Origin: Octopus vulgaris
Lineage: Eukaryota
NCBI GenBank assembly: GCA_951406725.2
Contig: OX597823.1
Location: forward strand, 104,966,001 to 105,030,000
Length of the DNA: 64,000 bases
Direction of reading: 5' to 3'
Positions 38,225-51,819 of the stretch are shown here, piece after piece. Under the pieces are notes generated by a model. It was not told the DNA's origin, made no database searches, and was given only the letters and a program-made list of their open reading frames with translations. A program made the translations under genes and the position numbers. Positions within the stretch are counted from its first letter, which is position 1. The number at the start of each line of letters is the position of its first letter.

Positions 38225-38602
38225 CATCATCATCATCATCATCATTGTTTAGCGTCTGTTTTCCATGCTGGCATGGGTTGGATGGTTTGACCAGGGACTG
38301 GCAAGCCAGCAAGTTGCACCAGGTTCCAATCTGATCTGGCAGTGTTTTCTACAGCTGGATGCCCTTCCTAACGCCAACCACTCTGAGAGTGTAGTGGGTG
38401 CTTTTTATGTGCCACCAGCACAGGAGCCAGTCAGGTGGCACTGGCATCGACCACATTCAGATGGTGCTTATTATGTGTCACTGGCACAGGAGCCAGTCAG
38501 TGGGGACTGGCATTGACCATGTTTGGATAGTATTGTTTATGTGCCACCAGCACGGGGAGCCAGTCAGGTGGCACTGGCATTGATCCACACTTGAATGGTT
38601 GT
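38225..38602 (-). mobile_element. RTE 3' UTR fragment with three ~60-bp repeat units
   Basis: (CAT)n, the conserved 3' end, then repeated TTTTATGTGCCACCAGCAC..GAGCCAGTCAG units. Confidence 0.9.
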
Positions 38603-39539
38603 TTTTTCCTTTCTGGAAATATTCTTGTAAATTTTGGTCTGCAATTATTGTTATTCATTGTTGGTGTTGTTGAATTAAGTTTGGTACAGTTTTGGTATAA
38701 CTCTCACTATCTCATGAAGGAGAGAAAAGGCACAGAATTAAATGTTTTTTTTTTTGTAAATTTTTAGTATTTCCATGTTTTAGACAACAGAAATAGAAAT
38801 TACAATTTTGAATGAATTGTTTTTCCTAAAATTTCAGTTTTTTTTAATTTTTATCATCACTCCCCAATTCCATACTCTTTTCTTTTTCCCATGGGGGTAA
38901 CAGTAATGATTCCAAAACTACACTTTATTTAGTCCAACATTTAATCATTCAGTGTTAACTCTCTCGGGAGAGTGATTCTATCAGATTGTTTAGAATTCAT
39001 TGTTGTGTATGTTGGAATATAAATTTGGGTTACGTGGCTGTTTACTTTACCATTTCTACTTCCTTATAAGAAGCTTTCACGTGATCTGTAGACTTTCTGT
39101 CAGTGATTTATTACCTGTCACTTTTGCTACTGTTTTTTTTTTTCTGTTTGGTCAATTTTTAGCTTTCAGTTTGTCTGTGACTGCTAGTTCTTGACTGTCT
39201 CTACTGACTGCCATGGCTGTTTATGGCACAGTTTCGTTTCATGATCCAGAAAGTGAATCTATTTAAATCAGCGGTGATCATCATTTTCCAGAAAATCGGA
39301 GCTGAGACTGAAATGAAAGACTTGTTTTCCCTGAAATGAAATAAAAGTGATATAAATCTGATTTAATAAAATAGTAAATGCAAAATCCAGTTTTTGTAAA
39401 ATGCTTTTGATTTATTTCATTACAATTTGTTTAGCAATAAACTAAAGTATGAGAATTAGACTGGATTTCTTGGCTGAAGACATTTAATGAATTGTATAAA
39501 AATATTTACTTTGTGTGATTGTTGCAATTCCTACAAGAA

Positions 39540-39966
39540 TTACTTGTTGCAGTCATTTGACTGCAGCCATGCTGGAGCACTGCCTTGATAGTTTTTAATT
39601 GAACAAATCAACCCCAGGACTTATTTCTAAGTCCTAGTACTTATTCTATCAGTCTCTTTTGCTGAACTGCTAAGTTATGAGGAATTAAACACACAAACAC
39701 CGGTTGTCAAGTGGTGATTGTGGGATAAGCACAGACACAAAAGCACACACACGTAGATACACACACACACACACATACATATACACACACATACACACAC
39801 ATATACATACACATACACATACACACACATATGATGGGCTTCTTTCAGTTTCTGTCAACCAAATTCATTCACAAGGCTTTGGTTGGCCCAAGATGTCACA
39901 CAGTAGGACTGAGCCTGGAACCCTGTGCTTTGGAAGCAAGCTTCTTACCACACAGCCACGTCTGTG
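39540..39966 (-). mobile_element. tRNA-derived bipartite SINE (family B)
   Basis: Reverse complement of 44961-45366 with an internal (CA)n tract. Confidence 0.85.
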
Positions 39967-39967
39967 C

Positions 39968-40700
39968 TTATGTAAAAGATTATTTTTTACCTTGCCCCAT
40001 GTCCTTCCAGTTGTGTTTATGTGGATAGACCTATCCCATGGATCTACAAAATATAGACGCTGATTGACTGTATTATGACTTGGCAGCACTCATTTATAAC
40101 ACAGGTACCTGGTATTACATGATTAGTAATGATTGGCACTTATGTTGTGGTACTTTGATCAGAAGTCTGCACACTGCACACTTAAAGTTGTTGCCTCTCA
40201 CCATGTCAAGTATCCGGTGGCTCCTTTGATAATGACCACAATGGTATTTCATGTACAAGAACGGCGGCGAGCTGGCAGAAATGTTAGAACACCGGGCAAA
40301 ATGCTTAGCGGTATTTCGTGTGCCACTACGTTCTGAGTTCAAATTCCGTCGAGGTCGACTTTGCCTTTCATCCTTTCGGGGTTGATTAAATAAGCACCAG
40401 TTATGCACTGGGGTCGCTGTTATCGACTTAATCCCTTTATCTGTCCTTGTTTGTCACCTCTGTGTGTAGCCCCTTGTGGGTAGTAAAGAAAAAGGTATTT
40501 CATGTACAAGAACTTCAATTTGTTTATCTCTATGATTACACCATTTGCATCAACCTGTAAAGAATGGTCGATACACCACACAGCACATACATCTCTAAAA
40601 TATTGTCTGCTATTCTCACAGGTTACATGACAATTTTCACTGGCACTTGTCATATAACAAGTTTGACCATTTCTTCTACACATAAATAATTTTGAAATAA
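39968..40700 (-). pseudogene. Merlin / IS1595 (ISXO2-like) transposase relic, interrupted by a SINE
   Basis: VIIEINKLKFLYMKYHCGH...ILDMVRG resembles VEIDESKF..RKYHRG...WV.G.VER. HNTVNQRLYFVDPWDRSIHINTTGRTWGKVK resembles H.TVNHS..FVDP.TG.HTN.IE..W..VK. Confidence 0.75.
40263..40493 (+). mobile_element. tRNA-derived SINE (family A), full length, perfect 20-bp TSD
   Basis: TSD GGTATTTCATGTACAAGAAC at 40243-40262 and 40494-40513; same family as 12523-12752. Confidence 0.93.
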
Positions 40701-41026
40701 ACTTACAGTTTCAAAAGCAAACATTCTTTCGGTTCCATTTCATTGCTGAGTTTAGTTGAGTACTTCCACACATTATTTTACTTTCCTTTTATGATGTTGA
40801 TTTTTGAAAAATTTCATTTGTTTCCCTTCAGGATTATAAAACTAAACATTGAAAATGTTTACAGCTGCGAATTAAGGCAGGATATAAAGTGAGAAAAAGG
40901 GAAAGAGAAAGGATTGAAAAGAAACTCTTCACCAAATAAAATCATATTCATTACTGATGGACAAAAGTGATTGCGGAGCAGTAAGTTTGAAGGTTGTTTA
41001 AGTTAGCCCTGAAATCTTGATCTGTG

Positions 41027-41267
41027 GAGGTGCGTGGCTTAGTGGTTAGGGTGTCAGCATCATGATTGTAAGATTGTGGTTTTGATTCCTGAACCAGGTG
41101 ACACGTTGTGTTCTTGAGCAAACTTCAGTTCACATTGCTTCAGTCCACTCAGCTGGCAAAAATGACTAACGCTGCAATGGACTGGTGTCCCATCCAGTTG
41201 GGGAACACATATGCTACTGAATCCAGGAAACTGGGCCCATGAGCTTGGCTAGGCTTTAAAAGGGTGA
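41027..41267 (+). mobile_element. tRNA-derived SINE (family C/D type)
   Basis: A-box TGGCTTAGTGGT and B-box-like GGTTTTGATTCC; 3' body shared with 51511-51819. Confidence 0.7.
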
Positions 41268-41519
41268 AGAAGAAGAAACCTTGATCATGCTTTTCTTTCA
41301 GAAATAATGTATCTTAGACTACATTATCCAATATATCCAACATTTTTAAAGATGGCAGCATTGTAGTTTGGGAGATTTTGCTGCAGTTTCTAGTAACTTA
41401 AGGACCAGGTAGAGGCTCCTTCATTATAAACTGAATTGCTACCTCTGAAAGTCAAAGTTTCAAAGGGCTTTGCTGACTTCTGTAATTTACAAGGAATATC
41501 TCTATATATAAATAATGGC

Positions 41520-41730
41520 TTCAAATTTTGGCCCTAGACCAGAAATTGTAGGGGGTGGGGTAAGTCAATTACATTGATGCCAATACAACTGGTACTTATT
41601 TTATTGACTTCCCAAATGATAAAAGATGTAATTGACCTCAGCAGAATTTGAACTGAGAATGTAAAGTGCTAGAATAAATACCACTAAGCATTTTGTTGAA
41701 TGTCCTAATGATTCTGCCAGGTCATTGCCT
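41520..41730 (-). mobile_element. Degenerate family A SINE
   Basis: CTGGTACTTATTTTATTGAC...GACCTCAGCAGAATTTGAACTGAGAATG. Confidence 0.65.
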
Positions 41731-43521
41731 TCTATCTACAAATATAATCAATGCATTATCTTTTGACTCACTAAACCCAGATTCTCTTGCATGTAGAGAT
41801 GACCTGACTTTAGGTTCCCATCAGTAATTGGAGTATCAGTCACTGCCTTTGAAACTAGTTGTGCACAGTGAGACTAATTTTCTGCTCCAAAACTTAGTCA
41901 TTTTCTATTCATTGTTCTTTCGCTGCTAGTAAATCATTTTTCACAAGTCACCTGACAATTTCACTTTTCACCAAAACAATTCTGTATTTTACACTTTGAC
42001 TAGATATTTATTCTCACCTGTAATGTTTACAGAAGATACGAAATTTCAAAACAATTTTAAAGACACTTTTCCTTCTCCAATCTATTTTTAAAATGTTTAA
42101 CCCTTTGCAGGTGGAAAACAGATTTATTCACTCACAATTTTATTACCATTAACTATGGAAAGTAGTTTTGATAAAACTGCTCTTTATTCTGCAAGAAGTG
42201 AAGACACCCTCTGATGACACTTTTCACAAAAGACACCTTTTCAAATTTACTTAGTTTTGTTTTTTCCACATATTCCATCAAGAATCAAATACTTTAAATA
42301 GTGGACATGAAAAGCAAGAATCAAATACTTTTAGTGGGGCATTTGAAAACCAAACCAACACGAAGATACTGAAAATGTATTGCGGAAATAGAAAAATATG
42401 AATTCTATTTTGTTGGTGGATAATTAACATCATTATGAGAATTACCATCAAATTTAATTATGCAGAGAAAGGGTTAACCATGTGAAATCTGTTTAATAAA
42501 GCATTTAATCTCATAAAGGATAAAATGCAGTAACAACTTGCTATCAAAAATTGGAAAAATGGTTTTTCATCCTACTTCTGAATCCACAAACATTCTATCC
42601 CATTCATAGACTTAATGTGTTTTTGTTAAAATTATTTCACGAACTTATTTATTTCAAGCTTTCTTACATTCGTTTTCTTTTTAAAAGCAAAGGAGGGGGA
42701 AAATAAGTGCCTGAATATTTCACAGTTGTTACTTAAAATTGTTAAAGAAATATATCGTTGCTTTTAACAATTACATTTTTTACACTTTTGCTTTATGCTT
42801 CAGATGCGACGTGAAAAGCAATACTATTAAGTGAGGTGTGAATTACGGTAAATACTCTTCTCTCGACAGGCCTAGTTTTTCTTGTTGAATTCACTAAACA
42901 AAAATATTTACTTACTAATGGACACATTCTTTCACTAGGGATAATGATAAAAGTTTATTACCATGGAAATGTTTTCCATTTTCCCCAGGACAAAAATTGT
43001 GCATTCCACAATCAAAAACAACCAAATGAAAACTAATTTTATTCTAAAATATATTATTACAGTTCTGATGGCTGCTTTTTCTTTTATTTATTTTTGGAAA
43101 TTAATTTATGCAATATCAAAGCCTGTTCCATCTTAAGGGCATGGCCTTTTCAGTGAAAATTTTCATTTCAAAAGGAGAGCTTTGAAAATTCATGTTACTG
43201 TCATGGTGATGAATAAATTTTCAATAGCATATAAATCAGGGAAAGAAAAGAGAAACAACCGCAGTACAAGCAATAAACATATTTTTCATCTAATCAAACT
43301 GATTTTTGAAGTTATTTTTGAGTAGATTAACTGTTGTTAGGTGTATTTACATTATGTAACTACTGCTGAAAAGCACATTAATTCCATTCTTATAATAGAT
43401 AATCAAATAGACTCATACCCTCATAAGGCGGGTAGCTGATGATCAGGATGGCTGGTTTATTCAAGTTCATGTGGTAGATAATACATTAATATACACACAC
43501 ACACATACATACATACATACA

Positions 43522-43587
<66 letters not shown>

Positions 43588-43628
43588 CATACATACATAT
43601 ATATATATATATATGTATGCATATACAT

Positions 43629-43675
<47 letters not shown>

Positions 43676-43694
43676 CATAGATACACACACATAT

Positions 43695-44130
43695 AAGTAA
43701 AAATGAAATTCTGTCCGTTTGTTTGTTTGTTTGTCCACTAAAATGAAACTAACTGGTTCAGGGGAAGCTGTAATGCTTTTTCTATATATATATCTAAAAT
43801 TGAAATTCTGTCTCAGAAACTGTTCTTTATCAATTGGAACTCTGCAAATAGTTCAGCTGATTGGTCTTTTGAAAGCCTCAATCTCATATAATTATTGAAG
43901 TTGAAAAAAGATCAATTTCATGTTTGTTTATTTTTTGGGAGCCAGGATAGGTCACTCACAGATTCATCCACCAAATCATTGACAGAAACAAATGAATTTC
44001 TTACTCTCAATCCAGTATGTAATTCGACTGATTCCGTCAATGATTTGCTGGATGAAATCTTTCCTAATCTTCTTCATAATTACAACAACATAGATTGGAT
44101 CTGTGAGCAACCTATCCAGGCTCCAAAAAT
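43695..44130 (+). mobile_element. Helitron relic (5'-end motifs plus a PIF1 helicase fragment)
   Basis: ORF 43895..44134 SVNDLLDEIFPNLLHNYNNIDWICEQPIQAPK resembles the Helitron helicase motif L...VFPNI..NY....WL.ERAILAPKN. Upstream TCTATATA...AAATTCTGTC and (GTTT)n are typical of Helitron 5' ends. Confidence 0.7.
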
Positions 44131-44167
44131 ATAAACAGGATGAAAAATAACGGAAACAAAGTCTTCG

Positions 44168-44948
44168 GTTATATTTGTAGAAAATAGAAATAAGCGGTCT
44201 TTGACTGCTAAATCTAATTTTTATCGGTATGTGGTTAAGCAACCTGTTGCTTACCCTTTTTATTTATATATATATATATAGAACCTTTTGAAAAGGTTCC
44301 TATCGATAATGGTTATATTTCCATAGCGAAATCTACTCGGAAATAATTGTTGATTTTAAAATTAATAATTATTTACCCTTATATTATTAATAATGGAATT
44401 TTTCACTCCCTTACAACAATCCATAGTTCTATTCACGGGGAACTATTTTTGTGATGCACATGGTAAAATTCATTCATCTATATGGATTTGGCCTGTGTTG
44501 ATTATCTCCTGCTATCTCCGATGGCACGAGGTTGGGGAGCAAGAAGTATGTAAATTAACTTTTGCAAATCTATCTAATGGAATATTATGCTGAAGATGGG
44601 AATAGATTTGTTTATAATTCAGACCTGGAAACACGCCCGTAACTAACCAAAGACTTTGTTTTCATTATTTTTCATCCTGTTTTACATATGTGAGTTACGT
44701 GTATATGTTATATGTGGAGTTATATTTGTAGAAAATAGAAATAAGTAGTCTTTGACTACTATTTCTAATTTTTCGGTATGTGGCTAAGCAGCCTGTTGCT
44801 TGCCCTTTTTATTTTATATATATATATATATATTATAGAACTTTTTGAAAAGGTTCCTACCACTAATGGTTATATTTCCATACCGAAATCTACCCAGAAA
44901 TAATTATTGATTTTAAAATCAATAATTATTTACCCTTATATTATTAAT
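44168..44948. repeat. ~225-bp direct repeats (44168-44392 and 44719-44948) with a 40-bp inverted segment at 44131-44170; possible Penelope-like pseudo-LTR relic
   Basis: Direct alignment of the two units. Bases 44133-44170 are the reverse complement of ~44645-44683. Confidence 0.7.
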
Positions 44949-44960
44949 TATATATATATA

Positions 44961-45364
44961 GGCGCAGGAGTTGCTGTGTGGTAAGTAGCTTGCTGACCAA
45001 CCACATGGTCCTGGGTTCAGTCCCACTGTGTGGCATCTTGGGCAAGTGTCTTCTGCTATAGCCCCGGGTCAACCAATGCCTTGTGAGTGGATTTGGTAGA
45101 CGGAAACTGAAAGAAGCCTGTCGTATATATGTATATATATGTGTGTGTGTATGTGTTTGTGTGTCTGTGTTTGTCCCCCTAGCATTGCTTGCCAACCGAT
45201 GCTGGTGTGTTTACGTCCCCTGTCACTTAGCGGTTTGGCAAAAGAGACCGATAGAATAAGTACTAGACTTACAAAGAATAAGTCCCGGGGTCGATTTGGT
45301 CGACTAAAGGCGGTGCTCCAGCATGGCCACAGTCAAATGACTGAAACACATAAAAGAGTAAAGA

Positions 45365-45366
<2 letters not shown>
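44961..45366 (+). mobile_element. tRNA-derived bipartite SINE (family B), full length
   Basis: GGCGCAGGAGTTGCTGTGTGGTAAG...GGGTTCAGTCCC, CORE-like CTTGGGCAAGTGTCTT, central (TA)/(TG) tract, tail GGCGGTGCTCCAGCATGGCCACAGTCAAATGACTGAAAC. Partial copies near 23590, 33000, 36890, 53665, 57165, 59860 and 62135. Confidence 0.9.
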
Positions 45367-45440
<74 letters not shown>

Positions 45441-45470
45441 ATGTATATGTATATATGTATATATGTGTGC

Positions 45471-45543
<73 letters not shown>

Positions 45544-45544
45544 A

Positions 45545-45886
45545 TCCTGTGGCCTATACCTGGGATGTAGCCAGCCCACTTATGCATTCCTTTCCTTCTT
45601 GGAACACAAAACTCCACTTGTGAAGACCTGTTGAGGCAAGTGAAAATCAAAATTGTAATCTGTCAACATCAATGGAATTTGTAGCTGTGATACCAGTGGC
45701 GGTGGCACGTAAAAAGCACCCACTACACTCACGGAGTGGTTGGCATTAGGAAGGGCATCCAGCTGTAGAAACATTGCCAGATCAGACTGGGCCTGGTGCA
45801 GCCTTCTGGCTTCCCAGACCCCAGTTGAACCGTCCAACCCATGCCAGCATGGAAAACGGACATTAAACGATGATGATGATGATGAT
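45545..45886 (+). mobile_element. RTE 3' UTR fragment inserted in (TA)n
   Basis: Reverse complement of the 5199-5690 region with fewer UTR repeats; (GAT)n tail. Confidence 0.9.
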
Positions 45887-45915
45887 AAATATATATATGT
45901 ATAAATATATGTATG

Positions 45916-45953
<38 letters not shown>

Positions 45954-46189
45954 GGTGTATATATATCTGTACATGTGTACATATTACATATACATCTATA
46001 TATATACTTATATATACATATGTATATACATATATAAATATATAAATCTATATATATATATACATGTATATATATATGGCCTTCGGGCTACAACATTTTT
46101 AAGGATTTAAGGCTATATATATATATATATATATATACATCTATAAATATAGATCTATACATATACATGTATACTATACATCTATACAT

Positions 46190-46230
<41 letters not shown>

Positions 46231-48114
46231 CGTATGTGCAGATGTATTCATATATATAGATATACATAATATATATATGTGTGTACGTATGTATGTATGT
46301 ATGTATGTATGTATGTATGTATGTATGTATGTATGTGTGTATGTATGTATGTATGTATGTATGTATGTATGTATGTATGTATGTACGTATGTATCAGTGT
46401 CAGTTTTGGCATACCTTCTATGTCTGGATGCCCTTCTTAACACCACAGTAAATTCTGTGAAATGTCTCCATTGTAAGTAGGGCTACCCACTTTAACCTGC
46501 TTGTTGGCTCAGTTTACATTAATTTATAGAGAAAAGAAACATAATGCGATGGTTTCCCAGTCAATTTGGAAAAGTTTTACATAAAGGTGAAATATCTAAA
46601 TAGTATGTCAATACTGGAGTCAGTTTAATATTCTTTGAAAGCATCTTAGATATCAATGGAATATAATAGAAGGCTAATGCTATATAGGAGTTAAAACAAG
46701 ACTTTCTAAGTTCACATTATATAATACAGCAAAACAGAATCGTGCATCTTTCAAAAGTTCTGAATGTTACACATTTTTCTAAGTCTATTTCTGATGTGTC
46801 AGCAAAAATAGCAAAATTCTTTCATCACCTCGTTAATTTAATTATGTTACTAAATTAGTCAATTCATTTGGTGCCATTGAATGGTAACTCTTTTGTGAAT
46901 CAAATATTTAGCACAATTGATTCTGTAAAAATTTATTACATTTCTTGTAGGTGTGGAAGGGACAGACATACTGTGGGGTCCATAAAGATTGAAAAGAGAG
47001 CAGATAAATTGCTGTATTTAGTAAAGTTAGATGCTTTTAAACTTTTAATCTTGTCCAATATTGTGGCAAAGAAAGAAAAATGATATATATGCAAACGTGA
47101 CCTTGTCTTCTAATTAATAAAGAGGAGGAAATTTTTCATTAATGTTTTATGAGGGAGGACTAATTATTGCCAGTTTTAGAACGACTATTTGATTAATTAT
47201 TTACATATACTGATAACCTTAATTTTGGTTAATACATATTTTTTCTGATTTAAAAAAATTTTGAAATATATCATAAAAGTGAACATTTATTTGGGAATCA
47301 AATATATTCAAGCTAGCTTTTACAATTGTGTTCGCAACTTCTAAATCTCTAGATGAATATACAAGTTGATTTCCCTATAAAAGGATGGGAGAAAATATGA
47401 AAACTATTCCATGTGCATGCACCATGAGCCTCAAGACAAAATGATACTCGCAGTCAAATGCATTATAAAACCATTGACAAGATCCATTTTGCACATGTTA
47501 GCCCCTTGTCAGGTAACTCAAGTTGCTGGTGACTTATCTGTAAGTTTGTGTAAGATTTTGGTAATACATTTAAATAAGGCTTCCTGAGATAAAGCACCCT
47601 ATACCACAACAGCACTACAGGATCAAAACAACTGGGAGGTTTTGATAAAGGATCTGGACAAATATTTTCTGAATTCATTATATTTACTATTTTCATGGCA
47701 TAAAAGTCTTTTAGAAAATTAATAAATCATTGATTGTATGTAGCTTTTCCTTTTATTTCCTAAAATACTAACAAAAATGTAAAACCCCAAACACATCGTA
47801 TTACTAAAATAATTCAAAACGAGTTAGATAATCATGAAATTACTCAGCTACATCATCATCATCATTTTAATGTCCACTTTTTCGTGCTTGCATTGGTTGG
47901 CAGGAGGCTCACCAAGTAAGGTATTATTTCTCCATGACCAGACATACTTTCACAGAAGATAGGCAATAAAAGAGATTGTTTGCATGATGGTAACACTCAC
48001 TTACAACTTGTCTCATGCTGTCAAGCCAAGGAGACAGTAACTCACTCTTGCACAGGCACACACACAAACACACACACACATGCACACACACACATGCATG
48101 CAGCTTTATTTTTA

Positions 48115-48152
<38 letters not shown>

Positions 48153-48156
<4 letters not shown>

Positions 48157-48318
48157 ACATCAACATCAAAAAGTAAAATGGAAATTGTAGTTGTGATACT
48201 TGTGCCGGTGGCACGTAAAAAGCACCATCCATACATGGCTTCCCAGACCCTGGTCGAACCGTCCAACCCATGCTAGCATGGAAAGTGGACGTTAAACGAT
48301 GATGATGATGATGATGAT
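48153..48318 (+). mobile_element. Internally deleted RTE 3' fragment
   Basis: GTGCCGGTGGCACGTAAAAAGCACC...CCATGCTAGCATGGAAAGTGGACGTTAAACGATGATG. Confidence 0.85.
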
Positions 48319-49880
48319 ATGCATACAAGACAGCCTGCTTTTGAGTTTCCATCTGCCAAACCCTCTCACAAGCTTTGGGGCTGCAGTAGAAAGCCCTTTC
48401 CCAAGACGTCATACAGGCAGAAGGAACCTGAAAACATGTCTGAGAAGCAAACATCTTGCCACACAAACAATACATGTGTCTATGAGAACATTTTCTACTG
48501 GGAGAAGGATTAGGGATCTAGATACATAAAGATGGTGGGATTGGCTGAGTCACATGGAAAAACAGATGTAAAACTGAATACAAGGGGTAACATTAAATAA
48601 GAACTGTACAAGTGTACAGTTTCAAAACCGATCCACTCTTCAAAGCATTAAAATTTTTTTTTTATATTTGATTTTCTATGTATGCCAAAGACATCTGAAA
48701 GTAATTTAATGCAATAAATGAACTGTAGAACTTTTTCTTAATAAAATATTTTGCTTGTAATTTATCACTTTGCTTTGCTACAAAATACCTATTAAAAATT
48801 ATTTCCTCTTTTCTCCTTCAAAAATAAATAAAAAATAGGATTACTATAACATTTACACCAAATGTCTATATTTTGTTTTTCCTTCAAAATCTTTATAGAT
48901 ATATCTTCATATATCTTTACTAGCTCCAAGACTCTTGGAACCATTTTGTTTTGCTACCATTCCTTAAAATTTTTCAAGGCAAAGTAAAAAAAAACAAAAT
49001 AAACAAAACAATAAATGAGAGAGAGAAGTGAAAAGAATGAAAATATAAATAAATGAAAAATAAGAATTCCTCAACAATGTATTTTACCATAATTATTTTA
49101 TAACCCTTCAATTTTCTTGCAGATTATCTTTCTGCAAACATATATCATCAGCATCATCATCACCACTGCTGCCGCTGCCACCGCTGCCACCGCCGCCGCT
49201 GCCACCATCGCTACTGCCTCCACCACAACTGCTGCCACTGCCATCCCTGCAGCCACCACCACCACCACCACCACCATCGATATTGTTATTATCATTACTA
49301 TCATTGTTGCTGTTGTTATTGATTCATTGATAATGTCAGCAATGATTAACATTAAAATCTCCTATAAATACCTCTATCTATCCACTAATTGCCTGCTATT
49401 TATACAGATCATTTACCTTCCTGTCAGTAGGACAATCTCTTCTTTCTTTTCTTCTTCTCTCCTCTTATTTCCTTTCACCTCTTTTACTCTATCACATTTA
49501 AAAAAAAAAAACTCTCGACTTATTCCTTTTCCATCTTCTAATTATTTCCTTTTTTTTTTTCATCTTTCCTTCTTCATTCTTCATTTTCTTATCTTTTCTT
49601 CTTCGCTGTCGTCTTTCTTTGACTTTTGCATCTTTGTCTTCTCTGTTTTATCATTTTCTGCTGCATCTCCATTTTTTTGGTCTGTTGTCTTCATTGCTTC
49701 TTATCTCTCTCTATATATGTATATATTTATATATATATATATGTGTGTGTGTGTATGTGTGTGTGTGTGTGTTTGTGTGTGTGCGTAAAATTACGATCAT
49801 ATAGGGTAATGGTTAAGAGTGCAGGCTACTAACACCAAGATTGTGAGTTCAATTCCAGGCAATGCCTTGAATAAATAATG

Positions 49881-49943
<63 letters not shown>

Positions 49944-50049
49944 GCAGCAAAAAAATATGTTAGGAATGAGAACCCAGGTTTGGGTTTTTACTTGCCTCTA
50001 ATTCTCTAAAGAATGCCATGGTTGAGGTTCCACCAAATCCATTGCCCAA

Positions 50050-51500
50050 CTGACAGAAGGCTGTAAGTATCTGATGACACACTGGTTACTAGGTGCTCTA
50101 AGTCAGTCTATGTTTGACCCAAGATTGCAACTCTTCCAATGAGATTGAGTTATGGAAAAGTGAGCTTGGAAACTGGTAACCACACTTCCTCACCAACTGG
50201 GAATGTTGTAACCTCAGTGCATGTCTGAACATCAATAACCACAAAATAACCCAACTCACCACACTTTGGATGTTACCAGCAAATGAACTAAGTGGTCAGC
50301 AAAACCTGTCCCCTCCACAGAAAGTGGAAGAGCAAGCATTCCACACTGGTCAGCCATGAAGCACTGTAAGGCATTACAGTCAGGTGGTAGTAGATAATGG
50401 ATGCAATGTTAGTGTTTTCCTCTTTTGCCCCACCCTTCAGATGGCTTCCTTTTGTTTCATTTCTAGGCAAGACAGACCACCCTGCTCATCACATCACTCC
50501 AGTCCTTGTCTTCTTGTCTATCTGGAAGTTTCAACCAAACCAGACCCTGACCAGTCTGTCTATCCAGCATCCCTCAAGTTGCTGTTGGATAGCATGGATC
50601 TTTCTCATCAGGTGCATAGCTTCAGGCCCACTGGCTTTTTCTGGGTTAATATTTACTTCTGTTACAATTCTGTACTTCCTTATAGCAGTGCCAATCACCT
50701 CAGCATGTTTGGAGCATGGCCCTATGATAGTGATGCCATGTGAATATGCTGACACAGCTTTCCTACATCCTAGTTCATGCAAAATTCCCCTTGAAACCTC
50801 TAACTTCCACAGTAGTGGCTTCAGCACCAGCACAAAGAGAAAGGGGGAAAGAGGTCAGCCTTGATGGACTGGACCCATGATACTGAAGGGTTCTGATAGA
50901 TGGCCATTTACTTTGATCATCAAGCAGGTGTTGCTGTGCATTATAGCACTCCACCCTTTGAAGATGGGACCAAAATCAGCTGCTATGAGAATGGCTGCTA
51001 AGTATTGGTAGTCAGCTCTGTTGAAAACTTTTGTCTGATCTAAATTGATCAAGGTTCACTCATACCATCTTCTGTACCAAGCCTTCCTCTGGTGCATCCC
51101 ATGAGGTTGAGGTTGTTGCGAATAGATTTACTTGGGATGATGCATGTTTGTGCATCACCTACCAGAGTATTGATGATGAATGCTAATCTCCTGGGTAACA
51201 CCTTGGCCAGAATATTCATTTCTGCATTTAGCAGAGTTATGGGCCTGAATTTATGAAAATCATCTCCCTTTGTCTGGTATTCAGTACTGCCACCATGCTT
51301 CATTTTGCAGGACTGAAAATTCTTCCATTCTGCAGTGGACATCTGTGTAAAGGCTTCAGAACAAGTCTGGCATGTGAAGAAAAAGGTCATAGGGTAATCT
51401 GTCTATCTCCAATGTTTTCTCTCTCATGCAACCAGCCATTGGTTCCAATATTTCATCAGCAGTCACTCATCTTTCACAGAACTCTGTATCTCAGTAATTT
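50050..51500 (-). mobile_element. L1/Tx1-clade reverse transcriptase relic
   Basis: FRPITLLNAEMNILAKVL..RL, INLDQTKVFNR (LDQEKAFDR), VNGHLSEPFSIMGPVHQG, SAYSHGI (AYADDI), LLFHFLWRG. Confidence 0.85.
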
Positions 51501-51510
51501 ACTCTTACTT

Positions 51511-51819
51511 ATTTCATTTTGTTTGTTCCTTCTTGAGCCATGCCTGGCTCATAAGGGCCAGTTTCCCAGTTTCTTTGGCATATAGGTTCCCCACCTGGAT
51601 GGAATGCTTGCTGTCGCAGGTGAGCTGCAAGATGCAGGAGGAAAGAGAGAGAGAAAGTTGTGGCGAAAGAGTCAGCAGAAGTTCGCCATTACCTTCTACA
51701 GGAGCCACGTGGAGCTTAGGTGTTTCGCTCATAAACACACAAGTCACCCGGTCAGAGATTCAAGCCTACGATCCCTCAACCGCGAGTCCACTGCTCTAAC
51801 CACTTGGCCATGTGCCTCC
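51511..51819 (-). mobile_element. tRNA-derived SINE (family D)
   Basis: Head GGAGGCACATGGCCAAGTGGTTAGAGC...GGCTTGAATCTC; 3' body related to 41027-41267. Confidence 0.7.

Noticed and set aside
49117-49788. 223-aa ORF with poly-Ala/Thr and hydrophobic stretches
   Set aside because: It spans trinucleotide, T-rich and (TG)n low-complexity DNA with no recognisable domain.
49801-49866. tRNA-like sequence (GGTAATGGTTAAGAGTGCAGGCTACTAACACC...GAGTTCAATTCC)
   Set aside because: The acceptor stem is poor and it is followed by (AAT)n, so it is more consistent with a SINE head. The other tRNA-like heads in the window are likewise parts of SINEs.
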